Translations under genes and position numbers: made by a program
In this document: in pieces, positions 36,120 through 48,750 of the stretch
Position numbering within the stretch: position 1 is the stretch's first letter
Layout of the letters: each line of letters begins with the position of its first letter
Notes under the pieces: generated by a model
Told to the model about the DNA's origin: nothing
The model's input: only the letters and a program-made list of their open reading frames with translations
The model's database searches: none
Assembly (NCBI GenBank): GCA_976551045.1
Contig: CDPCPM010000056.1
Span: 21,762,001-21,826,000 of the forward strand
Reading direction: 5' to 3'
Source: Glaucostegus cemiculus
Lineage: Eukaryota
Length of the DNA stretch: 64,000 nucleotides

Positions 36120-36333
36120 ACCACTCTGATCACTTTGTACAAAAATGGACTTTGCATTTTTTTTGTTTTAATTATGCTTTCTTCTTGTAAAAAATTGTGT
36201 GTAATTTATGTTTTGCTTGTGAATGCTGCTTACATGATGCTATGTGCCTGTGATGCTGCTGCAGGTGAGTTTTTCATTGCACCTGTGCATACGTGTACAT
36301 GTGCATATGACAATAAACTCTGACTTTGACTTT
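36120..36333 (+). mobile_element. LINE 3' UTR (probably Rex1/Babar-type) nested in CR1
   Basis: Ends TTTTCATTGCACCTGTGCATAC...ATGACAATAAACTCTGACTTTGACTTTG, a short tandem tail. Separates VDM from L.FKKAFDKV in the host. Confidence 0.6.
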
Positions 36334-36631
36334 GGCTTAAATTTTAAGAAGGCATTTGATAAAGTGCCACATCAGAAGTTACCGTGCAAAATAAAAGCTC
36401 ATAATGTAGGAAGTACATATTATCATGGATAGAAGATTAGTTGGTTACAGGAAGCAGGTGTAAATGGGTCCTTTTTCTGATTGGCAAGATGTTCTGAATG
36501 GTGAGCCACAGGGATTGTTGCTGAGGAATAATTTGGATGAAGGCGCAAATGGTATGAAGGACACAGAGGCAGGCAGGAAAGAGGCTACAAAGGGGAAGTT
36601 AAATGAATGGGCAAAGATCTGCAAAATGGAG

Positions 36632-37092
36632 TATAGAATCATAAAAGCATAGCATGTTTACAGAGGAAAGCCATTTGGTACAAAGTGTCTGTGCCAACTC
36701 TGCATCAGAGAAACTCACTAGGCACACACCCTAGCTCCTTCTCTGTAGCCTTGCAATATTTTCCTTAAGCTATATTTGTCCAATTCTCCCTTGAAGACCA
36801 CTGTGGAATCTGCCTCCAGCACATCTGCAGGCAATGCATTCCATTCCGGATTCCAGCCACATGCTACATAAAAAAGCTTTGCTTTGTCATTGTGAATTGT
36901 CTTCCTCTTTACTCCTGTGATCTCTAGTCCACAACCTCTCCACCAAAGGGAATAGCCTCCACTTTGTCCAGACCCCTCAACATTTTGTATACTTCAATCA
37001 AATCTTCTTTCAGTTTTCTTTAAAGAAAACAGACTTATGCTGTCTAATCTATCCTTGTAACTGCAGTCCTTCTCACAAATTTCCTTTGCAGT
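36632..37092 (-). mobile_element. CR1 3' end, antisense, nested in CR1
   Basis: ATAGAATCATA..AGAGGAAAGCCATTTGG is a reversed tail. AGACCCCTCAACATTTTGTATACTTCAATCAAATC is a reversed DLIEVYKML. Confidence 0.8.
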
Positions 37093-37219
37093 GTGGGAAA
37101 ATGTGAAATTAGATGTGTTGGCAAGAAAACTTAAAAAAAAACATATTGTCTAAATAATGAGAGATACGGAGGGATCCAAATGTCCTGCTGCATGATTCAT
37201 AAAGGGGTGTCCTGCAGGT

Positions 37220-37466
37220 GCACGGTAGCATTGCAGTTAGTGTAACACTATTACAGTGCCAGTAATTGGGGTTCAATTTCCGCCACTGTCTGTAGGGAGT
37301 TTGTACGTTCTCCCCGTGACTGTGTGGGTTTCCTCCGGGTGCTCCGTTTCCTCCCACATTCCAAAGACGTACATGTTTGTAGGTTAACATTGGTGTAATT
37401 GGGTGGCGCTGGCTCATCGGGCTGGAGGGGTTTGTTACCATGCTGGATAAATAAAGCTTTTAAAAA
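37220..37466 (+). mobile_element. tRNA-derived V-SINE (HE1-like), near full length, CR1-type tail
   Basis: A-box-like GGTAGCATTGCAGTTAG, B-box-like GGTTCAATTTCC, core GGAGTTTGTACGTTCTCCCCGTG..GGGTTTCCTCCGGGTGCTCCG..CCTCCCACATTCCAAAGACGT, and tail GGGCTGGAGGGGTTTGTTACCATGCTG. Confidence 0.9.
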
Positions 37467-39639
37467 ATTAGAAAAGCAAACAAAATATTGCTACAGGAAT
37501 GAAGTAGGGAGGTTGTCTTTCAGTTATATAGGGTGTGGAATACTGTGTATATTATTGTTTTTCTTATTTAAGGAAGGATATTAATACATAGGAGGCAGTT
37601 CAGAGATAGTTTACTAGTCTGACACTTGGAATAGGCAACATTTTATCAGGAAAGATCGAGTAGGCTGGACTTTGGAAGAGTGGGAGGGGACTTTATTGCG
37701 ATACATAAGATCCCGGGGGTTATTGACAGGTTAGTGTGAAGATAATGCTTTCTCCTGTAGAAAATCTGGGAGCAAGGGTCACCAATTAAAAAATAAGGGA
37801 TCGCCCATTTAAGATGCAGATAAGGTGATCTTATTTCCTCTTGGAGGGTCCTGAGTGTTTGGAACATTCTTCCTCAGAGGTTGTGGAAGTAGAGTCTCTA
37901 AATATTTTTAAGGAAAAGGAAGCATTCCTAATTACTTGCATACCTGCACACCAGCCTTTTGTAAATCATGTGCCAGATTACTCTATATTGCTGAGCTCTG
38001 GAATCTCTCTCCATTCAAATGATAAGATTCTTGATGACCAAGGGGGTGAAAGTTTACCGCAAGAAGATAGGAGTGTGGAGTAGAGATTATAATCACATCA
38101 AAAAAATGCTTGTAGGTTTTTTGAATGACCTACTGCTGCTCCTAGTTTGTATATTTGTATTTTCTTCAAGAGACAAATTTCCAAGTGGTCATAATGGCTT
38201 TCATAAAGTTCTGGAAGACAGGTTGGTTGTTCACTGTCAAGTACAGGTTGACTCTTTCTTGCATTGGCATATAGGGAATTCACAGCATAGCACAAGGGAG
38301 AATGTGAAATAATGCACAGTATTTCTACTTCCGATCCAGCATATATTAACTGCAATCACCAAAACCTGTTAACTTCATTTATAATACAAAGTCAAAACAT
38401 TATTAGGGGCAATTTCAATTAACAGTAGGATTGTGAATGGTAAATTCTACTGGCTCTGAGAAGGAAACTGTCCATCGCTAAACCTGGCAAGCCTGAAACC
38501 ATCCATATTCTGGTACAGTATTCTAATTTCAATTGCAAAGACATTTGTGAATTACTGCTTTTTGTGTGATAAACTTGGTTTTTGTGTGGAATTAATTCAG
38601 AGTGATACTGCATTAAGTACATCCAGACAGCTTGAACTGCTGCAGTTAAACCTAAATGAACACTTGATCCAATGTCCTCCCAATTAAAGGCCTCTGACTG
38701 AGAACAGCTATTGGAATACATTCTGTCAAAGTTCTAATGGTAACCCGAGGTCATTCTTATACCAACCACTTATAAGAACATAGCAATAGCCTGATTCATT
38801 TTTTTGTTGCATCCAGTATTTAAACATTTAATGGCCATGAAATTCTGCTTCATTGCAACTGTTTGGGTGTCCCATATATGATACAATTTGCCAACTAATA
38901 CACATTTCTCATATCAGTCTCAAGCGCTGCCATTTTGCTAAGGCCGCTAGCATGTATATTTCTAACACCCACCAGAAGAATGCTTTGTAGGCAGATCATG
39001 TAACGCTAACTTAGTGCTGGAACTACTAAATTGGAGCTTTCTTACCCTTGCACAGCTGAAAGGTTCTACAGCAGGGAAGGCTAGACAACATATTACCATC
39101 ATTTTGCAACCATCTACTGCCCCATTTGAATTTGAGAATTTGAGGCCCCCTTAGTAAATGAAGGAGTGCTACTGGTTGTTGAGCTTTTTGCTGGTGACAT
39201 GGCTCTTTGCTCTTACCTCTAGTATGCAACCCATGCACACATGTGTAATAATTAATGCCATGCTGTCACTCAAAATGTGATTGGTGTGCTCAAACAATTT
39301 TGCTACATGGCTCACTCTAGAGGAGCAATTCAGCCCGCCAAATACTTAGCGAGGATCTGCAGAGCAGGTGGAGAAGATAAAAGAGGATAAAGAAGAAGAT
39401 TACTCCAAGACACAGGCTAGATGGTCTCACTCTAACTAGGCTGTTTGTGACCAACCTCTACTTTATAAACACATCCTCAATTCAGCAATTAAGTTATTGT
39501 TGTTGGGTACCTGAAAAGAAAAATGTACCAGGGTAGTGTTACAGACAGGGGATGGTGGGAGGTAAAGTGAGAGATGTTGTTTCCTCCTCAGGTCCCGTTT
39601 AACACACAAACTAGTCAATTTATAACACATCATAAAAAG

Positions 39640-40120
39640 AAATGGATAAAGGCCCTAAAAATCTACAAGACTAGACTACATCTTGACTGTCGTACTGGAA
39701 GTTTTTAACCCATAATTAGCTGCACTTTTAATCAAGCTGTTGCGGTACAGTTAAAACACTGGCATCTTGCTGACAAGTTGGAAGATTGCCCCGATATATC
39801 CCGTCAATAAAAAAACAGGATAAATGCAACCCAGCTAATTGTTGCCCAATGAGTCTGTTCTCCATCATCAGCAAAGTTTTAGAAGGTGTTATAAACAGTG
39901 GTATCATGTGATACTTACCAACAACTAACTCCCATTTTCGGTTTTGCCAGCATAATCTAGCTCTCTGCTTCATCACAGCTTTGATCCAAACATCAACTCC
40001 AAGTCACATTACATCCTTACTTGGAAATATACTCCTCTGTCATTTTCACTGGGTCTGAACCCTGTAACACCCTGGCCAGCAGCATTAAGTAACTACCTTC
40101 ACCAAAAGGACTGCAGTGAT
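39640..40120 (+). mobile_element. LINE family B relic with a large internal deletion
   Basis: The RT N-terminal part (CCCAGCTAATTGTTGCCCAATGAGTCTGTTCTCCATCATCAGCAAAG) joins near 39995 directly to 3'-end sequence (CCAAGTCAC..ACTTGGAAATATA..GGACTGCAG). Confidence 0.7.
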
Positions 40121-41659
40121 AATAAACCTGATTCTGATATTTGAGGTTGAGCGAATGTAACAATCTTAATGTAACAACCGGTGCTAGGATTTTGTTTTTG
40201 ACTGTCTGCCCCACCATGCTGTGAGCAAAACTCGATCATTCTGCTGACCATGTGAAATTACTTCCTATGAATGACCAGTTTACTTCCCTGACTGTAACTA
40301 GTTACCTCCTGTTCTTACAGAATAGTTAGTTCCTTCTCTTGACAGCAGCCTGTGTTCCAGTGGTATTTTGGTGAGTGACTAGACCCCTTCTCTTAACTGC
40401 AGCCTATCCTGACTATTGTGACTCTGGCTAAAACAGTAACTCTCAACCAATAAAAACTGAAGAATTTCCTCTGATCCCTGCTGGTCTGAGCAAACAATAC
40501 TTTATCTTGGTTCTCCTTTCCTGTCTGGCACCTTTGCAGGCTGATTGATATAACTTTAATAATTACAATGGGAAAATATTTTAAGTAAGGTAATAAAAGC
40601 TTTTCTATTGCTTGCACCCACTTTTTGCTGTAAAACAAACCCACTCCGCCTGTAAACAAGCTACTCTTGAATGACCGTATTTCTAAAGCTACTTAAGACA
40701 AAATTCAGACACATTGAGCCTGTATTATATAAAAATGATGTGAAGACAAGCTCTTTGGAGGTAGAAATACTCCACATAGCCAGAGTTGCCAACAACCTAT
40801 TGTGATATAGCTATTCTGTTTCTCACAGCCTGCATTCAGCATCTTCTTGGACCCCTTGAGCAAGATTGGAGGGGAAAACACAATATTTCAGCTAATTCCT
40901 GGAATATGTCGCATACTGCATTGTGCCGACTCACCCTTCTATCCCAGTAAGTTAGGTACAGTCAGCCACTCTTCCAGCTGGTATTGCTATAGTTGGAGTA
41001 CAAAAGTAGGGAAGCCTGGAGCTTTTCAGCCTGTAAAACTGTAATTGATTGGTCTTACGTTGCACCTCCTTCACCCAAGACTTCAGTTGCCCTGCCCATT
41101 AACTTTACAAGTGCATTTCCTCTAATGATATTGGCCTCTTGTTGATGTATCTGACCAATGAATGGTGCAGTTACTGCTGACTGAAAGCTGATATTATAAT
41201 GATTGCACAAAGTTGATATACTGGTTACTCAGCTATCAACAGGTCCATATTATTTGCACATCATGAGTCCCACTCCAGCCTTTGTTGTAGATTTGTCCCC
41301 CTATCTTTTAAATTGTGGAAGACATTGCTAATTGAACAATAACTGTTAGTTTTATTTTTGACTCCACCTTTGATCAGATCAAACCATGTGCCTGAAATTC
41401 ATTATATTCTTCCCCCAGAATATTCTATTGAATCGGTCCTTAAAGGTATGACAAGTTTTTTTCTCTGCTCAGTACATTCCACCATTATTGAACTGTATGC
41501 CTCTCTACAAGTCTGTGTATTTTAGTACAGGTTGACATTTTCTAGTCTGGCATTCTGTGGTTTGGTAACACTAGTGGCTTGGCATGTTTTGAATCTGTAA
41601 TACAAAAATGTACTAATTAATTAATTCTAAGTAAGATCCAATTGAGATCTAAAATTAAC

Positions 41660-41979
41660 TAAGATATATAAGATATAAAATCAGATATTTATTTACTAGT
41701 CACATGTGCATCGAAGCACACAGTGAAATACATCTTTTTGCGTTACTCAGAATGTGCTGGGGCAGCCCGCAAGTGTCGCCACTCTTCCAGTGCCAAAATA
41801 ACATGCTCACAGCTCTTAACCTATGCATCTTTGGAATGTGGGAGGAAACCGGAGCACCTGGAGGAAACCCACACAGACAAGGGGAGAACGTACAAACTCC
41901 TTACAGGCAGCAGCAGGAATTGAACTGAGGTCACTGGCGCCGTATAAACATTTTGCTAACCGCTGTGCTACCATGCCGC
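41660..41979 (-). mobile_element. tRNA-derived V-SINE with a Rex1/Babar-like tail
   Basis: Minus strand starts GCGGCATGGTAGCACAGCGGTTAGC, has the B-box CAGTTCAATTCC and the same core as 37220. It ends AAAGATGTATTTCACTGT...ACATGTGACTAGTAAATAAATATCT plus short repeats. Confidence 0.9.
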
Positions 41980-43489
41980 TATGTTACGATCTGTACTCAC
42001 CTGTAGCTAATTAACCTACCAGAGCAACTTTTGTAATCTCAGTCAATAGCATTCCCATTTTAGGCAAATTTTGGGTTACCAACATTTTCGGAACACTTGC
42101 GTAACCTGGGGAATATCTGTACCTAGAAAGAAGTTATCCTATCAGAGGAAGATGGTCATGGGGCAATATCTGTGGTTCAGATTTTCTCTAGTCTGGCACT
42201 AGTCAGGTCCCAAGGGTCTGGAATGGAAAGTTTCAACCCTGTATTAGTTTATTATTATCAATATCTTGGTAATAACTTTGTCATTTCCGTTAGCAAAGAC
42301 ACTATCAAAGTGAATGTCTATTTTACTCAGTGAATACATAAGCACCATGGTGCACTTCAGATCTAATCTTAGGGAAAGCATTCTGTTCTTATGAAACACA
42401 TAATTCTTATGATAACAGGCAGTTCTGGACAAGTGTACCTCCAAATGGGAAAATGTTGACTTTTTAGAATTAAAGTTCCAAGCTAAGTGATAAATGTTTA
42501 GATATTTCTATTAGTCTTTCAGTTTTGAATGTTAATTTTAATTAAGGCTACCTACTCTACATTATTGATCAAATATAATAATTGACACAAAATACAAATT
42601 TTAGCTTTTAATACAGTAATGGGTTTGACATTCCCCTCTTTGATAATCATTAAGAAATAGTGGCTGTAAAATGTACAGTAATATCAGAAAATAGTTTTAA
42701 ATACTTATAGCTATTTAAAAATTTGAATTTTACTTGTTAAGATCTTGGTAAAGGTCATTCATAACAAATTCACACAACATTTACTGGCTGTGGTTACAAA
42801 TAGAAATGTGGTTACTTTATTGAAAGTCAGTGCTGGAGTTTCAAAGCTCTCCCCACATTAATGAGACATGAAACATATGGATTTTTCTGTCCAAGAACAG
42901 TCATTGTCAAGCATGTTGCAATGAAGCAGGAGGAAGAGAGGCAACCCGGGGAGTGTAGAGTCTCTAGGAAGTATGTGACCCATTGCATACTATCTCACAC
43001 AATGACAGGCTGTAAAGTCTTCAGTTACCTCAGCAGTACATGGTGATGCTAACCCAGAATTTTGTAGCAGGGAGCCACCTGATCCACAGAGATCTGCAGA
43101 GACAGTTAACCATCCGCAATGCATTAACAGTGGCAACGATAATTTTCACAGCCCTTAGCTTTTATTTCAAATAGACAAAGGACTCAAAGAGGACATGTTA
43201 GGAAGCAGTTACTTTCTTTGCCTTTTAGACATTTGATGGTTTTGTTTTGCACAGTAAAGGAATGACAGGTTGTAAAGGTGAATTAATTGTATGTAGTTGT
43301 GCATTGCTGGTACTTGTATTGTTTAATGTGTTGAACAGCTGTGTTTTCCCTTTGGGTGTTGTGAATTCATTTCCCTGGTCATGAATGTGCTCAGCTACTA
43401 AATGCTCCCTAATTGAAAGAGTAGCGTGGTGGATGGCTATACAGACAACTGACAAGCAGCTAAAGATACAGAAGTCCCTCTATTTCAAT

Positions 43490-43830
43490 GCACTCTTGGA
43501 GAGTACTGCACTGTTTCAGGTACTGTCTTTCTGATGAGATGTTAAATTAACACTATTACTACCCTTTAAGATGGACATAAAAGAGTGCATTGTGTATTTT
43601 TAACTGGATGGGTGTTCTACCTAATAGTCTGGCAAATGTTATCCCTTAAACTAAAATGCAAAACAGGTTATCTGATCAATTCTTTCATTACTGCTTGTGA
43701 GATATTTATGTAGCTTCAGCATTCCCTTCATTACAACTGTGACCACACTTCATAAGTTCTAAATTTGTTGTAGAGTACTTTCGATTGTCTCAAGGTTGTG
43801 AAAGGCACTGTATAAATGCAGGTTTTCCAT
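43490..43830 (+). mobile_element. DeuSINE relic
   Basis: GTACTGCACTG..TCTTTCTGATGAGATGTTAAA..TCTGGCAAATGTTATCCCT..CATTACAACTGTGACCACACTTCA..GGTTGTGAAAGGCACTGTATAAATGCA. Confidence 0.8.
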
Positions 43831-44329
43831 ATTTTTATTGCTTAATATCAAATTCAGTTTCTCATTTATTGTCAATATTTTTTCCTTTTACATCTAAATG
43901 CTATCCATTACAGCTTTCAGTATCTAGCTCACTGGCTATTCCCATCGTATCTATCAAGCTATGGCTGGATTTCTCCAGTGTTGCTGTTTCCAGCCTCACT
44001 CCATCTAAAGATCACATTATAGGGACTATAAGACATTTGAAAAGCTTGCCATTACTGTCTAGGATTTGCTTTTGAAAGCCTCTCAGCAACATTGAGGTTA
44101 TACTTGAAATGCTTCCATAGTACTTTGCCTGTTTGAGTGCAAATTGTATTGCAAATGACACAATTATCGCAATCTTAGCATTGGTAGCCATTCCTCCATG
44201 ACATCACTCATCATGCAAAATTACAGTTCCTTAGGGTATAGAGACTTAACAATTTTCAATCGAAGAGTGAGAAGGAATGATGTTTTCTAATTGCACAATA
44301 TACAGCTCTTTTCATAGAAGGTCAAACAA

Positions 44330-44720
44330 CAGAGCCCCATGTCCCACCATGCATCAAGATTTGGTCAATGTCCAGGCTTGGGCTATTAAGTGGTAAGTTA
44401 TCCTGCAGGAGCATGTTAATTACCCACTTCAACATTCAGTGTCATTGCCATTTTTGGATCCTTCACTACTAACTTCCTGGGGAACCTCAAGAAGTTCAAC
44501 ATCAGTCAGAACAAAGGAAACATGATTGCCACCTTTTCCACTAGTCAAAGCATCCACACGCTACACCTCCAAGACATTATAGGCGTGTAATGTGTCACCT
44601 ACAAGATATACTGTAGTAACTCTCAAGGGCTTCTTCATCAACACCATCTACTTTCCAGAAGAGCAAAGACAAGATGTATATTGCAATGCAGTTACCTCAG
44701 AGTATGTGTACCTGGATATT
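44330..44720 (+). mobile_element. Highly decayed LINE family B fragment
   Basis: ATGCATCAAGATTTGGTCAATGTCCAGGCTTGGGCTATTAAGTGG matches 22195-22240. Confidence 0.55.
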
Positions 44721-47129
44721 AAGCATTCATTAAATCATCCATGTTCTGTTTATATATGCACACAATATTCATTTTTGTATTTATTTTCTCTTCACATGCA
44801 TTTATGTGGGGGAGAGGAGGAGGTGGGGTGGGGTATGACAAGATGACTAAAGGAGATAAAGGAAAGTTTCTAATCTTAAAGAGGGCACATCTTAAATGGC
44901 TCCCAGCATTATTCTGGGAACTGCGCGGCAAGTCCCCCTCTAAGTTATTCAGAAACAGGTCTCACAGGGCTGTGGAAAACAGATTATGCATGTACAATTG
45001 TAAGTTTTGGACTTCTTTTGTGTTTAGACATATGCGTCAAGCTTTTAAATGCTATTATGTGTGTTTCAGAGACTTGGATAGTAACAGATTCCTTCATAAT
45101 AAACACATTTATTATGAAGGAATTTGCTCATTCATTAACTAAGCAAAATGTAATGAGGGCATGCAGCATCTGAACAAAGATACATTTTTCACTCCTTTCC
45201 AATTTCACTGATGCTGCATTCTTTATTGCACGTCAGCTATTATATCTTTCGTCAGAGTGGAAGAATTTGCACAATATCACATTTTCCTCTAAATCAAATA
45301 TAATAGAGACCTCTGTATCAAATATCAATGGGTCCCTAATGTCTGCAGTAAAGCATACTTGAGAGCTGTAAACAGTCACCTTGCAGGGTAAATTCAGTGT
45401 GTATGCAGTCCCAAAGCAAAGTTATATCTAAAAGGAATGTAACTTGCAGAATTGAGGCTCTAGCATTGTACCCTTATTTCTTTGAACACTGGTCTCTTGG
45501 CAGCAAGGAACTTATTGCATTATCTAAATATTGGGAATGTCTAAATCAATTTTAATTACAAAACAGTTCTTTGTTTCTTAAATCATGCAGGCTTGCATCA
45601 ACAATGCTTGCATATATATAGTACCTTTAGTATCATAAAACATCCAGAGGCAATTAAGATTTACAGTTAGTTAGCTTGTTGTTTTATGAATAAGCAGAAC
45701 TAGTCTTCTTGAGTATGTAAGCCACCTACATTCACATTGCCAACAAACTCATTAAGACTTGTATTTTTGTTTTCTCCTTTTCTAAGAAAGAATGGTAAAA
45801 TATTTTCTACTGTGTAGGGCCAAGTCACATCAGACAAAAGCCAAACTCTTAAAAGGATCGAAAATGCTTTCAAATATTATTTTGTTTTTATTTCAGATGT
45901 AGTCATTTTGGTTTAATACCAACTTTGGAGGAAATTAAATGTATTTGATTAAGGCAATAAGGTTTAATTAATGTAACCAGAAATTTGCTCATTATCCTCA
46001 TTGAATTGATAGTTTTATTTCTGCATATTTTATAGCTTCCTAGCTTGGCTAAACTTACTTCATTTCTCCAAAACAATTCCCTGCACGATGCCACTGATAT
46101 TCACGATTTATACAATAATAATCACATATCAAGAATATAAATTGTAGTGTACAGGATATTGCTATTGCTATCATTATTTTCAGAGTTTCTGTATTTTAAA
46201 AGGTGTTGAGAAACAGAACAAGTTACATTCCTCTAGTCTTTGTGCTGTGGATTTAAATCCAGTTTGTAATGATGTTCTACACATTGTTTATCATCTGTAA
46301 AGGGGTTAAGTGAAATGCATTTGGGGAGTTTCTAATGGGTGCAGGTCAACAGTGCAAACTTCCCCATAATTCAAATCCAGCTAGCAAATTCATTCAGAGA
46401 GGATTTAGAAAAATAGAAATTGCCAATAAATAAAATAACTGGTACTTAAACTTCACAATTTATAATAATGTAAAGAAAAACAAAGAGAATTTTAGTGGAC
46501 ACAATAGTGAATTCTTCAAACAAAAATGGATGGGTGAAAAATTTCATGCCATTTTTAGCCATCCGTTTCAGTGTAAAATATTTGTTTGTCCTGCAAATTT
46601 CAACATGATTTTCTTGCAACTGATATTGGAAACAGGCACCTCTTAGATATCAAAGATACCCCTCGAAAATGTGCAATAGGTGCATTGCTTATGTTCCTTA
46701 TACCAGATGTATACTTTGGGTACAAATGAATGGAGCCTGCATCACACAAGCAAAACCTAATTAAACCAGGTCTTTTACTACCGATACTTCAATGAGCCAG
46801 TTAAAATTGTTCACTAAATGAACATAAAGATTTTTCATGTTACATTTCCGTGAAGCAAGGTGGAGCATGGGTGCTTCTAGATTCACAAAATACTGAGGGA
46901 TTTTACTTTCTAGAAGTCGTCTTTGCCTGCTCTGACTTCCAACTCCTCCACTCCTCCTCCTCCTCTTTCTTCACCCCACTCCCTGTACTCCTCATCCATC
47001 ACCTTAACTCTTGCCTCCTTTCCCAAAAGGACCTACCTATTTGTTGCAACTCAATGGATGAGTTGCATCAAAATGCCAGCTTGGAGCCAGTAGCTTGCCA
47101 CTTTCACTCAAATTAGACAAAAGCCTGTC

Positions 47130-47370
47130 AATGTTCAGGCCCCTTGTTAACGTACAGTCAGACTCTGTTTCCATTTTGCACTCAGTGGCTGATGCAGCTT
47201 GAATTTCTGACCTGTAATTAATTGCAACTTCAGCTATAACAATTCTTTTAATCAGCTCATTCAGATTTCTCTCAATGTCCTGAATAAACCTAAAAATACA
47301 CTCCAGAATTTTAATGCTTTCATTTACATCTCCCTGTTTATCCCTCATAATTATTAACTGAAGACTAAGA
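47130..47370. promoter_or_regulatory. Candidate conserved non-coding element
   Basis: TE-free, with TAATTAATTG, TAATCA, TGTTTA and ATAATTATTAA motifs inside a ~3.5-kb TE-poor zone. Inference only. Confidence 0.35.
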
Positions 47371-48429
47371 ACTGAGATCTGAAATAACCGATCTAACTCT
47401 GAATGTATTCACAGTGCCTAATTGTACTAACCTCTCACCTTCACTTTGATTTAGCTCTAAACATACATAATAGCATTCTCTTTTAAAGGATGAAGACCTC
47501 CTTTCCACTAACTAGCAGCCATATTCTACTCATTAAAAACAATGCACTCTATTTTCAAACCCTTCATAAAGTGAGGATTCCAATTTGTACCCAGCATCGC
47601 TGCCTTATTATAGAAGCCTTTTTTTAACCAATGACATTGCTGCTAACCTTGAACTGGAGTTTAGTAATGACTTGAGAATATTGATATTTAAGGACAAAAG
47701 GGAGGGTTAAATTTAAATGAATAAACCTAAATGAAGTTCAATTATCTCCCATCTCTGGTTTTGTTCATAATCCGTTGCTTGTCTACTCACAGGCCGCAAA
47801 TGAATCCTACACATCACCTTATCTCTTCTGTCAATCAGGCCTTAGACCATTATGCCTCGAATCGCACCATCAGATGGAAGCAATTTGCATAATATTGCCT
47901 GTGAAGGCTGAGGGATCAACAGGGGTCAGAGTCTAACATCACTAGTGCAGTCTATCTCCTCAGCTAATTTGGCCCTTACTGATCTTTCTCTGATTTTTTT
48001 TTGTCATTATGTGTGTAATATTTGATGGCCAAAAAGGACTGAGATTGCAGGGACTGATGTCTTTAACTAAAGACTAATCCCAGTACTCTGTTAAGGGCCC
48101 AGGAACTGAGACATCCTAATTATCCCTTTCTGATGAGCTCTGAGACACAGTAGCAGTACCTTGTAGGAATTTAGCAAGGAATAAAAAAAGACAACAAAGC
48201 GACTTCTAAAGTTTGTCCTTCTGTTCCTTCTCCCCTTGCTGAAACTGCCAGTTGTTAATTAGATCTGTGACACTAACTAAATGTGGCCCGACCGCATTGT
48301 TGCTAAAATCGTCAGAAATTTTCTCTCAAGCACCAAAGTGGAAGATGAACCACATCAGATGACTGCAATGTCACTGATGACCCATGCAGGTGGAAGGTTG
48401 GTGCACACTAACTTTTATTTTTAATCAGA

Positions 48430-48750
48430 GGTTTTGGATACTGTATTTAAGAGTACACAGACAAACTTTTTGCTGACAATAGGGTCAGAAACGATAAGAC
48501 AATTTTAAAATAATTGGCAAAAGAAGTGGAAGCAACACAAGGAAAAAATAAATCTGTGGCAAGTTGTTATTATCTGGAATGCACTGCCTGAAATGGTAGA
48601 AACAGATTCAGTAGTGAGTGTTAAAAGATAATTGAATTTATATTTGAAGGGGAAATATTTCAGGAAAGTGGGACTAAATAGACAGCATATTCAAAGAGAT
48701 GGCATGGGTACAGTGTGGCTAAACAACATGTTCTCTTATGGATAATTTAG
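48430..48750 (+). mobile_element. Old CR1 3' end
   Basis: TCTGGAATGCACTGCCTGAAA..GAAACAGATTCA (WN.LP motif), followed by 3' UTR GTGGGACTAAAT..TTCAAAGAGATGGCATGG. Confidence 0.75.

Larger units (their letters stand above)
36070..38155 (+). mobile_element. Old CR1 LINE hosting four nested insertions
   Basis: VDKGKLVDM | LNFKKAFDKVPHQ, DWQDVLNGEPQG, LNEWAKICKMEY | GKCEI, and a 3' tail TGAATGACCTACTGCTGCTCCTA. The segments are colinear once the inserts are removed. Confidence 0.85.

Noticed and set aside
37220-37290. A-box and B-box as a tRNA gene (also ~41910-41979)
   Set aside because: No convincing cloverleaf, and the sequence continues into a SINE core and tail.
39420-39525. Strong minus-strand acceptor TTTTTCTTTTCAG|GT as a coding exon
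   Set aside because: All three frames hit stops within ~50 nt and there is no good donor. It cannot be excluded as a non-coding exon.
40170-40500. Second solo LTR starting TGTAAC with a downstream AATAAA
   Set aside because: No matching GTTACA end or TSD could be identified.
44805-44835. G-rich tract as a G-quadruplex (also the C-rich tract 12689-12707 and poly-G near 27220)
   Set aside because: Fewer than four well-separated runs of three or more G. Common low-complexity sequence.
48357-48411. AG|ATGACTGCAAT as the terminal ERI3 exon (would complete HSGI-DDC)
   Set aside because: No pyrimidine tract upstream, and the continuation (NVTDDPCRWKVGAH*) does not resemble KNIANIMKTLA.
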